Positions 1-7,517 of a stretch of DNA of 24,202 bases are shown one piece after another. Both the position numbers and the translations under genes were made by a program. Every line of letters starts with the position of its first letter. Position 1 is the first letter of the stretch. The DNA is from a virus (lineage: Duplodnaviria; Caudoviricetes). The stretch is taken from positions 1-24,202 of IMG/VR virus record IMGVR_UViG_3300012682_000229. One strand, 5' to 3'. The notes below the pieces were generated by a model. That model was not told the origin of the DNA. It ran no database searches and saw only the letters and a list, made by a program, of their open reading frames with translations.

Positions 1-99
1 CCAGCGGTGACTGGCAGCCGGGGCGGCAACGCGGCGCTGGCATCCCTGCTGACCCAACTTGCCGCGCAAGGCATCATCGTCGATTCGACGACGGCGTAA
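1..99 (+). CDS. 3' end of an upstream gene, probably a tail/structural protein
   Basis: Frame 1 reads PAVTGSRGGNAALASLLTQLAAQGIIVDSTTA* with TAA at 97-99. It resembles a C-terminal motif recalled from phage tail proteins and lies just before the lysis region. Confidence 0.55.
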   Translation, partial: PAVTGSRGGNAALASLLTQLAAQGIIVDSTTA

Positions 100-169
100 G
101 CGCCAGAGAGGACAGGATGGTGAACGATGTGTATGATTCCGCAGACATGGTTACCGGCGGTAATGACCT

Positions 170-460
170 ATGACGCCGCAGACTATCCAGCTTATCGTCT
201 CGGGTGGGGCGTCTACCGTCTTGCTCTGGGTGGTGTGGCAATTCCTGAATGGGAACATCTACAGCAAGGTGGCGCACGAGGCGATTGTTGGCCCGATCAA
301 GGAATTGAACATCAGCTTGCGTCAGGAACTCAGGGAGCAAACGTCCGCATCGTCACAGGCCGTCATCGCCCAGCAAGAAGCCACCCGGCAACAGATGGCC
401 GAGTTGACGAAGACAAACGCGGATTTGGTGGCCGCAATCGCGGGCAAGGATCGGCTATGA
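170..460 (+). CDS. Small membrane protein (one TM helix plus coiled coil), holin-like/lysis-associated
   Basis: N-terminal hydrophobic stretch (IQLIVSGGASTVLLWVVWQFL) then a Q/E/L-rich helix. The stop overlaps the next ATG (ATGA at 457-460). Confidence 0.65.
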   Translation: MTPQTIQLIVSGGASTVLLWVVWQFLNGNIYSKVAHEAIVGPIKELNISLRQELREQTSASSQAVIAQQEATRQQMAELTKTNADLVAAIAGKDRL

Positions 461-720
461 GCCTGCTCAGCATGATCCGCAGTCGATTCCATGCTGACTC
501 ACACGATGACAGCGTGGTTGCGTCACGCGCCGCGATCGACGCGTCGAAGCAGGCCCGGAACCGCATGAACGAGCAGGTAAGGCAGGTCCAGCATGACGCC
601 TTCCAGACATCCGTTGACCAGCAGCGCATTCGGTCCAACATCCTTGACCAGGTGATCGTTCGCAAGACCGGGCCGGATTTCCTGGCTGATGCGCTGACCA
701 ATAAGGAGGGTGGGCCGTGA
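457..720 (+). CDS. Hypothetical helical protein (87 aa)
   Basis: ATG at 457 overlaps the previous stop, in the frame of ORF 127..720. Its own stop overlaps the next GTG. Confidence 0.65.
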   Translation: MSLLSMIRSRFHADSHDDSVVASRAAIDASKQARNRMNEQVRQVQHDAFQTSVDQQRIRSNILDQVIVRKTGPDFLADALTNKEGGP

Positions 721-1565
721 ACGCCGAATACGTAACAATCGGCATCACGGTCATCGCGGTGCTCGCCTTGATCGTGCTGGGTGCGCTCTTCCTGCTGTTG
801 TCGTTAGCCGGGCGCGTGCTGACCCAGGACGACGATCGCTCTCCGATGGGGAACGCGCTCGGGCACGTAACCGGATCAGCGGGCATCCTCTTGCTGTCCT
901 TCGATGGGGTCCTTGGTTTGCGGCTCTACGTCGGCCCGGCTTCGCCACTGGACCCCGAATGGTTGAACGTGACATTGCGCGTCATCCTCGCGGTGTCGGC
1001 TGTGTGGTGCCTGACCGCAGCGCTATTCGTCTTGCCGAGGTTGGTGGTGCGGCTCCTGAAGCACCCAGCGGACATGTACGAGATCAACCAGGCGGCGATC
1101 TTCGGCACCCTCGCCCAGGCAATGCCGATCATCGTGAGCGACCACGAGGGCACGATCCAGCACACCACCGCCGAGTTCGACGCCCTGGTGGGCGCGGTGC
1201 CCGGTGACCTGATCGGCAAGCCACTCGAAACGATCATGCCAGAGCGGTACGTTGCCGGACACGACCACGGGATGCAGCGGTACATCGAAACCCGTGAGCC
1301 ACACATCATCGGCACGGTGGTGGTCATCGACATGTTGCGACGGGATGGCGTGGAGATTCCGGTGTACCTCGCACTGAACACGACGGACGTGGACGGCAAG
1401 CCCTGGTTCGTGGCAAGCATTTGGCCCAAGCCGGAGGTGAAGCTGGAAACCCTGGTCGCGACGTTCAGTGACGGCGTATCCGAGACGATTACAAAGACGG
1501 CCAGCGATGTGGCGGAAGTCAAGAGAGATGTCAAAGAAGTACAACGTCAGATCGGTAAGGAGTAA
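717..1565 (+). CDS. Membrane-anchored PAS-domain protein (about 3 TM helices, FixL-like PAS, short coiled coil), no output domain
   Basis: RBS AAGGAGG before the GTG; three hydrophobic segments; PAS signature PIIVSDHEGTI...LIGKPLETIMPERYVAGHDHGMQRYIETREPHIIG...RRDGVEIPVYLAL...WFVASIW. Confidence 0.85.
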   Translation: MNAEYVTIGITVIAVLALIVLGALFLLLSLAGRVLTQDDDRSPMGNALGHVTGSAGILLLSFDGVLGLRLYVGPASPLDPEWLNVTLRVILAVSAVWCLTAALFVLPRLVVRLLKHPADMYEINQAAIFGTLAQAMPIIVSDHEGTIQHTTAEFDALVGAVPGDLIGKPLETIMPERYVAGHDHGMQRYIETREPHIIGTVVVIDMLRRDGVEIPVYLALNTTDVDGKPWFVASIWPKPEVKLETLVATFSDGVSETITKTASDVAEVKRDVKEVQRQIGKE

Positions 1566-1568
1566 CGC

Positions 1569-1928
1569 ATGAAAGCTTCAGATTGGCCACTCTACCGGTA
1601 TAAAGCCGCCGTGCAACGTGTAGTAGATGGCGACACTATCTATGCCGAGATTTCGCTTGGGTGCCGCGTCTTCATGGTGCGAAGCATCAGGATCATCGAG
1701 TACAACGCTCCCGAACTGTTCAGCGGTGATGAGCGCGGCGCCGGTAGCCTGGCGCGGGATGCCCTGGCCGACCTCCTGCCGATCGGCAGCCGGGTCTACA
1801 TCGAGACGAAGCTCGACCGGACCAGCTTCGACCGGCTCTTAGGAATCGTGTTCGTCGAGGGCAGCGACGGCAATCTGTTCAAGGTCAGCGAGTCGATGAT
1901 CGCCGGCGGGTTTGGAGAGGCCGGCTGA
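1569..1928 (+). CDS. Thermonuclease (staphylococcal nuclease/SNase-like)
   Basis: Motifs RVVDGDTI, IRIIEYNAPE and SFDRLLG; RBS AAGGAG; no signal peptide. Confidence 0.85.
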   Translation: MKASDWPLYRYKAAVQRVVDGDTIYAEISLGCRVFMVRSIRIIEYNAPELFSGDERGAGSLARDALADLLPIGSRVYIETKLDRTSFDRLLGIVFVEGSDGNLFKVSESMIAGGFGEAG

Positions 1929-1987
1929 TGGACAACGGGGAGCGCGTGGGCAGGGCGGGTCACATCATCACGACAGGAGCACCACTG

Positions 1988-2209
1988 ATGCCAAAGCCAG
2001 CAAATCCAGGAAGCCAGGGCCAAGCCGCCCGCAACAAGCCGAACCGGGGTCAAGACGAAAAGACCCATACGTTCGTGAACGCGGCCAGCGGGGAAACCCG
2101 CGAAGCCACGATGCGCGAATTCCGTGACACCCTTCGCGCCCAGGGATTCACCAAGCCGGAAGACGCTGCCGACGTCGCACCCACGCCCACGCCCGAAACC
2201 CCGGCCTAA
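1988..2209 (+). CDS. Hypothetical small protein
   Basis: RBS AGGAG upstream of ATG 1988. An alternative start at 1928 overlaps the previous stop. Confidence 0.6.
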   Translation: MPKPANPGSQGQAARNKPNRGQDEKTHTFVNAASGETREATMREFRDTLRAQGFTKPEDAADVAPTPTPETPA

Positions 2210-2252
2210 TCCGTATCGGGCCTGCCCTGCCCACGCGCTCACTGGAGGACTT

Positions 2253-2981
2253 ATGGACAACGGACTCGGACGACGCCCTCTCCCTGACGGCGATACAAAG
2301 CACCTGGAGCGATTCCCGATCCGGGGCGCGGTCCCGGACATCGTACGAACGGTGGAGCGCACCCTGGCCCTGCCGTACACCTACCGCGCGAAATACGACC
2401 AGGGTTCGGAGGGCGCGTGCGTCGGCTTCGCGTCTAGCTGGATGATGAGTGTTTTGAACCGGCGCTTCTACGACGCCCCATTCTTGTACCGCGAGGCCCG
2501 GAAGATCGACGAATGGCCAGGCGAGTCATATGACGGGACCAGCGTCCGGGCGGGGATGGAGGTGCTACGGACCGTAGGCCACAAGTTCCTCCACAACCAC
2601 GCGCACGAGCACGCGCCGTTGATCGAGGACGGCATCCACGAGTACCGTTGGGCGACGCGGGGGGATGAAGTGCGAAGCTGCATCGCCGCCGGCGTACCGG
2701 TCGTGTTGGGCGTCGACTGGTTGAGCAGCTTCGACACGCCGAAGAAAAAGAGCGACGGATCGCACTGGATTGGCGAGGGTGAGCTAGGGACGGTCCGGGG
2801 CGGCCACGCGATATGCGCATTCGGGGCCTCAGACCGTCGCCAGGCGGTGCGTCTGGTGAACTCATGGGGCAAGACATACCCACTGGTTTACCTTCCTTAC
2901 ACGACGCTCCAGCGGCTCCTGGACGGCATCCAATATCAAGGAGAAGCAGCAATTATCACCGACCGGATAGCGGGGAGGTAA
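2253..2981 (+). CDS. Papain-like cysteine peptidase (family C1)
   Basis: YDQGSEGACVGFA (oxyanion Gln and catalytic Cys), GGHAI (His), LVNSWG (Asn); RBS GGAGG before ATG 2253. Confidence 0.9.
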   Translation: MDNGLGRRPLPDGDTKHLERFPIRGAVPDIVRTVERTLALPYTYRAKYDQGSEGACVGFASSWMMSVLNRRFYDAPFLYREARKIDEWPGESYDGTSVRAGMEVLRTVGHKFLHNHAHEHAPLIEDGIHEYRWATRGDEVRSCIAAGVPVVLGVDWLSSFDTPKKKSDGSHWIGEGELGTVRGGHAICAFGASDRRQAVRLVNSWGKTYPLVYLPYTTLQRLLDGIQYQGEAAIITDRIAGR

Positions 2982-2990
2982 CGCATGGCG

Positions 2991-3569
2991 TTACGTGATG
3001 TTCTTCCAGGTGCGCCCTTTGGCGGCAGCATCCGTGGCACCTCGACGCAATCCAAGCCTACGTGCTATGTCGGCAAGCCTGACGCCATCCGCGTACAGCG
3101 CCCGAATCGTCCGCACAAGGTCAGGCGTGAGGACGGCGAGCGCGCCTCGTTGCGTGTTGACGGCACGTGTCACTGGCTCCAGGTGGTCAGGGTTCACACA
3201 GGAACGGACACGGCAGAGATGATCCAATTCGAGGTCATCAGGAACCGGGCCGCGTCGCTCCACCCAAAAGCGGATGTGCGCCCGCCCACTCTTGCCATTG
3301 CCGAGACTGATGATGCCGTACCCGTGGCGCACGTTGATGGACCGCTGCCAGACCCAGCACGGCGTAATGTACCCACGATCCTCTTCAACGTAGAGCAACG
3401 GAGACAATCGTAACTGGTGCCCTTGCGCCGCATAGCGTTTGTGGTGACCGAGATAATCGCCACGTTTAGAGTCCGTACGCGGATGGATACCAACGGGTTC
3501 GAGACAGCCGCACATGCATAGCCCGGATGGGTTTGGGTCAGGGAATGGTGGAGTACACTTCGAGGGCAT
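2991..3569 (-). CDS. HNH (homing-type) endonuclease with C-terminal HTH
   Basis: N-terminal LCMCGC, then CWVWQ..GYG, ELDHLCRVRSCVNPDHLEPVT..N, and HTH-like LADIARRLGL. Start placed at MPSK (3569) because of the RBS GAAAGGA. Confidence 0.9.
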   Translation of the reverse strand: MPSKCTPPFPDPNPSGLCMCGCLEPVGIHPRTDSKRGDYLGHHKRYAAQGHQLRLSPLLYVEEDRGYITPCWVWQRSINVRHGYGIISLGNGKSGRAHIRFWVERRGPVPDDLELDHLCRVRSCVNPDHLEPVTRAVNTQRGALAVLTPDLVRTIRALYADGVRLADIARRLGLRRGATDAAAKGRTWKNIT

Positions 3570-3635
3570 CGGGCGGTCCTTTCGCTTGGATGACATGCCC
3601 TCGGTGTCCAACCACGCGAGGGCTTCATTCCCCTC

Positions 3636-3644
3636 ATTATAGCA
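3636..3644 (-). promoter_or_regulatory. Extended -10 promoter for the HNH gene
   Basis: Minus strand reads TGCTATAAT (TGn plus consensus TATAAT) about 67 nt upstream of the HNH start. Confidence 0.7.
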
Positions 3645-3661
3645 GGGAATAGGGTGTTGAG

Positions 3662-5278
3662 ATGGCGTTATTCAACGCGGAGTCAACGCAGTATCGCAAA
3701 ATTGGAGACCTGACTCTCGCGCTCTACCGGAGCGAAATGAAACGTAAGGGGAGTCCGATGCTTCCCAATGCGCAGTTCGTTTGGGAAAGTGCGCGACCTC
3801 ATTCCGGACTATGCCTTGCTCAGATGATGCTCGAAAATCAACTGGCATCAACCGGCACGGTGATCCTGGCCGGCGACTACAACCAGCTTGGCCTGCGTCC
3901 GTGGATCGGTGACCCAACGGCGACGCACTACGTGACGGTGATCGACTACCAGACGCGGGCGAGCGTGGGCCAGACCATGTACGTGCCGCCTGAGGCGACC
4001 GGCGTGATCCGGCACCCGAGCGGCGGCGGCTACGGCTACTTCCTGCGGTTCGGGAACTACCCTGCCTGCGTCCGGGAGTGGAAGCGCCGGATCATCGACG
4101 ATCCGGGTTACAAGAACGGTGTGTACAATAATGCCATAACGCTGGAGCAGATGTGCGAAATCTACGCACCCAGCGGGGACGTTCACCCAGACACAGGCGT
4201 GGACAACGCGGAAATCGGATACGCCGGCAGGGTACGGACGTTCCTGCGGCAGTGGGCAGCGGCGGGCGGCGGCGAAACCGGCCCCTCCGAGACGGGAGCA
4301 CAAACAGGTATGCCAAAACCACCGATCCTGCTCGTGGCAGGACACCGCAGCACCGGCGACCCCGGCAATCCCGTGGAGCGGGGACTGACCGACGACCTCG
4401 CGCTGGCCTACGACCGCGTGTTCAAGGCGGCGGGCTACACCACCGCATACTTCCAGCGGGACGTGGACCGGGACAGTAATGCCACGATGACGAACGGCGA
4501 CCTGGCGACCGTCGCCGTCGGCTGCCGGAACTGGCTGGGCGCGCGCCAGGAAGCATTGAGCATCATGCTCGATCTCCACTACAACGGCTCGACCAGCCCG
4601 GTTCACACAATCGTACCGGACGTCACCGGCCTGAGCAGCGGCTTCTCCGGAGGCGCGCCTGCCGACGATACGGCGGCGGTCAACGTACTGGACAAACAAC
4701 TCGCCGAGCAGATCAGCCGCAAGATCGTCGCGGCCAACTCGGGCATGACCTTGTGGAACGGACGGTTCGGGCACATCGGCGTGATGAGCGAGCGGGATAC
4801 CGGCGTCGCCCTGAGCGGCGGCTACCGGCTCGGGATGTTCGGGGCGACGGCGCCCCATCGCAAGAAGGCGATACGTCTCGTCGTGGAGCACGGCGGGACG
4901 AACGACGCGTCGCGAACTGACTTCTTCAACAAGTGCGCTCGGGCCGCGCTGGAGGCGGTCCAGCAGGTGATTCCGAATCAGGGCACGGAGGAGCCGCCGA
5001 TCATAGAGCCGGAGCCACAGGGCACGGTGACGCTGCCGGCGGGCTTCAACCTGGCGACGGTGAAGCGGCTGTTCGGAAAGGTTGGCGTGTACAAGTTCGA
5101 CCCCAACGGCCCGGTCTCCGACTTGTGGCGCCTGAACCTGTTGGCGACCGGGCGCGCGCCGGAACTCACGCACGTCTGGACCGACGGTACGGCGAAGTTC
5201 TTCCAGTTTGCCGACGGAATGATTTTGTATCAGTTGACCCCGAGCGACGCAGTTGCGAAGCTTGGTCCCACCCCGTAG
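3662..5278 (+). CDS. Modular endolysin: N-terminal glucosaminidase(GH73)/lysozyme-like domain, Amidase_3 domain, C-terminal putative binding domain
   Basis: N-terminus LAQMMLE, YNQLGL, FLRF, YAP; amidase Zn/catalytic motifs LVAGH, VERGL, LDLHYN, LVVEHG; G/P/E-rich linkers between domains; near the holin. Confidence 0.85.
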   Translation: MALFNAESTQYRKIGDLTLALYRSEMKRKGSPMLPNAQFVWESARPHSGLCLAQMMLENQLASTGTVILAGDYNQLGLRPWIGDPTATHYVTVIDYQTRASVGQTMYVPPEATGVIRHPSGGGYGYFLRFGNYPACVREWKRRIIDDPGYKNGVYNNAITLEQMCEIYAPSGDVHPDTGVDNAEIGYAGRVRTFLRQWAAAGGGETGPSETGAQTGMPKPPILLVAGHRSTGDPGNPVERGLTDDLALAYDRVFKAAGYTTAYFQRDVDRDSNATMTNGDLATVAVGCRNWLGARQEALSIMLDLHYNGSTSPVHTIVPDVTGLSSGFSGGAPADDTAAVNVLDKQLAEQISRKIVAANSGMTLWNGRFGHIGVMSERDTGVALSGGYRLGMFGATAPHRKKAIRLVVEHGGTNDASRTDFFNKCARAALEAVQQVIPNQGTEEPPIIEPEPQGTVTLPAGFNLATVKRLFGKVGVYKFDPNGPVSDLWRLNLLATGRAPELTHVWTDGTAKFFQFADGMILYQLTPSDAVAKLGPTP

Positions 5279-5325
5279 CACTTGACAACGGCGAGCCGGC
5301 GCGCCCGGCACATGGAGCACGGAAC

Positions 5326-5769
5326 GTGAACAAGAACACCCTTCGCGACCTTATCGCCAGTATCATCGCGATCGCGATTATGGTCGCGCTGGCGGTTGGC
5401 ATCACCAGCCAGCCCCAACCAGCGGCCAGCGCACAGCAGGCGTTCGCAACACCGGTCGTTTCGGAACCGGTGTGCGATGAAGAGTGCGAACTGATCAACG
5501 AGTTGATTCTGATCCTGGAAGGCATCCTTGCCGGAGTGGAGGCGCCGGAGGTCGTGGACCTTACTGACGCCACGACGGGCGCGGACACGGAAGATACCGA
5601 GACCGGGGAAGTGTTCGACCTGATCACCGTCCTGCCGGATACTGGCACGGGGACGACGGCACAGAACGTTGTGTCAAGCGACACGAGCACCGAGGATGCA
5701 GCCATCATCGCAGACCTGATCGCCGAACTTACCGCGATCCTGGTCAACGCCCTGGACGGCATCGAGTAG
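5326..5769 (+). CDS. Acidic exported/membrane-anchored protein with an LPDTG motif
   Basis: GTG 5326; N-terminal signal/TM segment (LIASIIAIAIMVALAVGI), D/E/T-rich body, VLPDTGTG. Confidence 0.7.
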   Translation: MNKNTLRDLIASIIAIAIMVALAVGITSQPQPAASAQQAFATPVVSEPVCDEECELINELILILEGILAGVEAPEVVDLTDATTGADTEDTETGEVFDLITVLPDTGTGTTAQNVVSSDTSTEDAAIIADLIAELTAILVNALDGIE

Positions 5770-5815
5770 CCACACGCGGGCCAGCCGGCCCCGACGGCAC
5801 GATAGGAGAGACCAC

Positions 5816-5881
5816 ATGATTTTCAGCTCCGGACTCCTCGTCCTCATCATTGTCCTGGTCATTATTTGGCTTATCTTCTAG
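5816..5881 (+). CDS. 21-aa single-pass membrane microprotein MIFSSGLLVLIIVLVIIWLIF
   Basis: Strong RBS AGGAGA just upstream; entirely hydrophobic; fills the gap before the holin; below the ORF-track size cutoff. Confidence 0.65.
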   Translation: MIFSSGLLVLIIVLVIIWLIF

Positions 5882-5901
5882 TCCCACGAAAGGACACCCG
5901 T

Positions 5902-6225
5902 ATGGACAACAACACTGCGAACCAGATCACCATTCCGGCATCGACGACGGGGGTAGTCGTGCAGACGATCGCCCGCGCGGCGGTCAAGACCCTCATCCAG
6001 GCGTTCGTTGCTGGCCTGGCCCTGACGTTTTCACCGTGGTTGCTCGACCTATCGACGAACCTGGCCGGCGGTGGAGACGTGACGCTGGACGACATGAACG
6101 CGGGCGGCAAGATCATCGCCTCGGCCGCGGTCGGCGCCGTGGCGTCGGTCATCTCGCTGGCAACCAACTTCTTCGGCAAGACCCTGCCATCGGGCGAGAC
6201 CGTTACCGCGCAAACTACACCGTAG
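5902..6225 (+). CDS. Holin, r1t-like
   Basis: RAAVKTLIQAF resembles the r1t-holin ERAxKTxxQ motif; two hydrophobic helices; RBS GAAAGGA; downstream of the endolysin. Confidence 0.65.
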   Translation: MDNNTANQITIPASTTGVVVQTIARAAVKTLIQAFVAGLALTFSPWLLDLSTNLAGGGDVTLDDMNAGGKIIASAAVGAVASVISLATNFFGKTLPSGETVTAQTTP

Positions 6226-6395
6226 GACGTCACCCCGAACACTTGACATACAGCTATCGGCATGAGAGCATGGCATCGTGGCGGGATGGAGCGGTTAGGA
6301 CCACCATCATCACCACGACGCCACGTCAGCGCAGGCGGGGCGGCCCACACTGAGGGAAGGCGAGAGGATCGAGGGCACGTGAAGAACGGCTAGAG

Positions 6396-6424
6396 CGCCC
6401 GGCGGGAACCATCCCGGCCGGGCG
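6396..6424. terminator. GC-rich stem-loop at the end of the lysis region (possible terminator)
   Basis: CGCCCGGC-GGGA-acca-TCCC-g-GCCGGGCG followed by ATTCT; only a weak U-tract. Confidence 0.45.
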
Positions 6425-6465
6425 ATTCTGTGCCCACCGAACGTAAGAATACGTATGATAAACAC

Positions 6466-6494
6466 TTGACAACGGGATACAGGTAGGGTATAGT
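6466..6494 (+). promoter_or_regulatory. Sigma70-type promoter, repeat copy 1
   Basis: TTGACA-17 bp-TATAGT; spacer begins ACGGGATA. Confidence 0.85.
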
Positions 6495-6532
6495 TCTATC
6501 AACGGGTTGAGGCAGGGGCCACAACCGGAACG

Positions 6533-6551
6533 ACGAAGGGCAAACACCATG
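6533..6551 (+). repeat. Start-associated leader ACGAAGGGCAA(A/G)CAC(C/G)ATG
   Basis: Near-identical copies at 6533-6551, 6967-6985, 7247-7265 and 16883-16901. Confidence 0.85.
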
Positions 6552-6932
6552 AGCACGTGGAGCAAGGCGACGGCGGAGCTGGCGATTCGGGTCCAGGACG
6601 GGATGGCGTGGGCCAAGTACGACTACGCCGCCAGCCGCGTCGCGCAGGGAGCCGATACGGGCACGTGCGCGACGACCGCTGATCAACTGGCAGCGTGGGA
6701 TACCGAGGCGCTGATCCAGGTTCCGGCGATGATCACCGGACACGAGGCTGAGGTTTCCAAGCGGTCCGCCGCCGCCGCCGGAATCACCGCCCGGTTCAGC
6801 GGCACCTGCGCCAAGAGCGGCGCCCGCTACGGCAAAGGCGCCCGGATCGAGTCCACGATGTACGGCTGGGCATTGGTCGGCGCCGAGTTGGACATCAACT
6901 ACAACATGAGCCGTGAGGATTCGCCGCTCTAA
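6549..6932 (+). CDS. Hypothetical early protein
   Basis: First ATG after the promoter and conserved leader; C-terminal ARFSGTC..SG...KG..I motif. Confidence 0.75.
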   Translation: MSTWSKATAELAIRVQDGMAWAKYDYAASRVAQGADTGTCATTADQLAAWDTEALIQVPAMITGHEAEVSKRSAAAAGITARFSGTCAKSGARYGKGARIESTMYGWALVGAELDINYNMSREDSPL

Positions 6933-6982
6933 CCACCAGCCGGGCGGGAGCGATTCCGCCCACACCACGAAGGGCAAGCACC

Positions 6983-7207
6983 ATGAACTACCGCACGATT
7001 CGGACGATCCACGTTGACGGCGCCTACTGGAACGGATACTTCGAAGGGGGCGAATGGCTGGATCGGGATTATGCAGTGACGGACGTATCGGCACGAGCCA
7101 ACGTCCACCCGTGCGTCGTGCAGGATGGCGTTGAGTACACGGTGGAGACCTGCATCACAGACACCGGGCAGCGCGTTCGCGAGACAATCCAGATCGTTGA
7201 CCGCTAG
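6983..7207 (+). CDS. Hypothetical early protein
   Basis: Preceded by a hairpin and the conserved leader. Confidence 0.75.
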   Translation: MNYRTIRTIHVDGAYWNGYFEGGEWLDRDYAVTDVSARANVHPCVVQDGVEYTVETCITDTGQRVRETIQIVDR

Positions 7208-7262
7208 TCCACCTAACCGGGCGGGGAATTATCTTTCCCCGCCACCACGAAGGGCAAACACG

Positions 7263-7517
7263 ATGGCGTACGAGACGATGAGCATCGCGGAGTTACGAGC
7301 GATCCGGGCGCGGTTGGAGCGGGCACTACGGAACCGGCGCCTGAGCCAGCGCAATTTCATGCGGGTGGTTGGCTACTACGTCACGGCGGGTGTGGCGCTG
7401 GACACGGCGCTCCACGGGCCGCGAGGCGAGAGACGGAAGGGAGCGGCATGGCAGACTCATGGACAGGCGACGCGGGCAGCACGGACATCAACATCGGCGA
7501 GTACCTCGGACGGGTGA
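7263..7517 (+). CDS. Hypothetical basic protein
   Basis: Preceded by a hairpin and the conserved leader; the 3' end overlaps the next gene by 70 nt. Confidence 0.65.
   Translation: MAYETMSIAELRAIRARLERALRNRRLSQRNFMRVVGYYVTAGVALDTALHGPRGERRKGAAWQTHGQATRAARTSTSASTSDG

Larger units (their letters stand above)
2985..3670. mobile_element. HNH endonuclease insertion bounded by the 9-bp direct repeat ATGGCGTTA
   Basis: ATGGCGTTA at 2985-2993 and at 3662-3670 encloses the only convincing minus-strand gene and its promoter. Confidence 0.6.

Noticed and set aside
1928-2264. ATGGACAACGG at both 1928 and 2253
   Set aside because: It is a single short match with no other support; it could be a small duplication scar but cannot be distinguished from chance.
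2985-3413. 142-aa plus-strand ORF with a strong RBS
   Set aside because: It is antisense to the clear HNH gene and has no motif; its start is better explained as the orphaned endolysin start.
3848-5320. Long minus-strand ORFs (490 aa here; also 11533-12687, 21504-22709, 14006-14812)
   Set aside because: They are shadows of well-supported plus-strand genes in GC-rich DNA, Arg-rich and without motifs.
6280-6350. tRNA-like start GGCGGGATGGAGCGG
   Set aside because: No cloverleaf, TTCGA T-loop or CCA end is visible.
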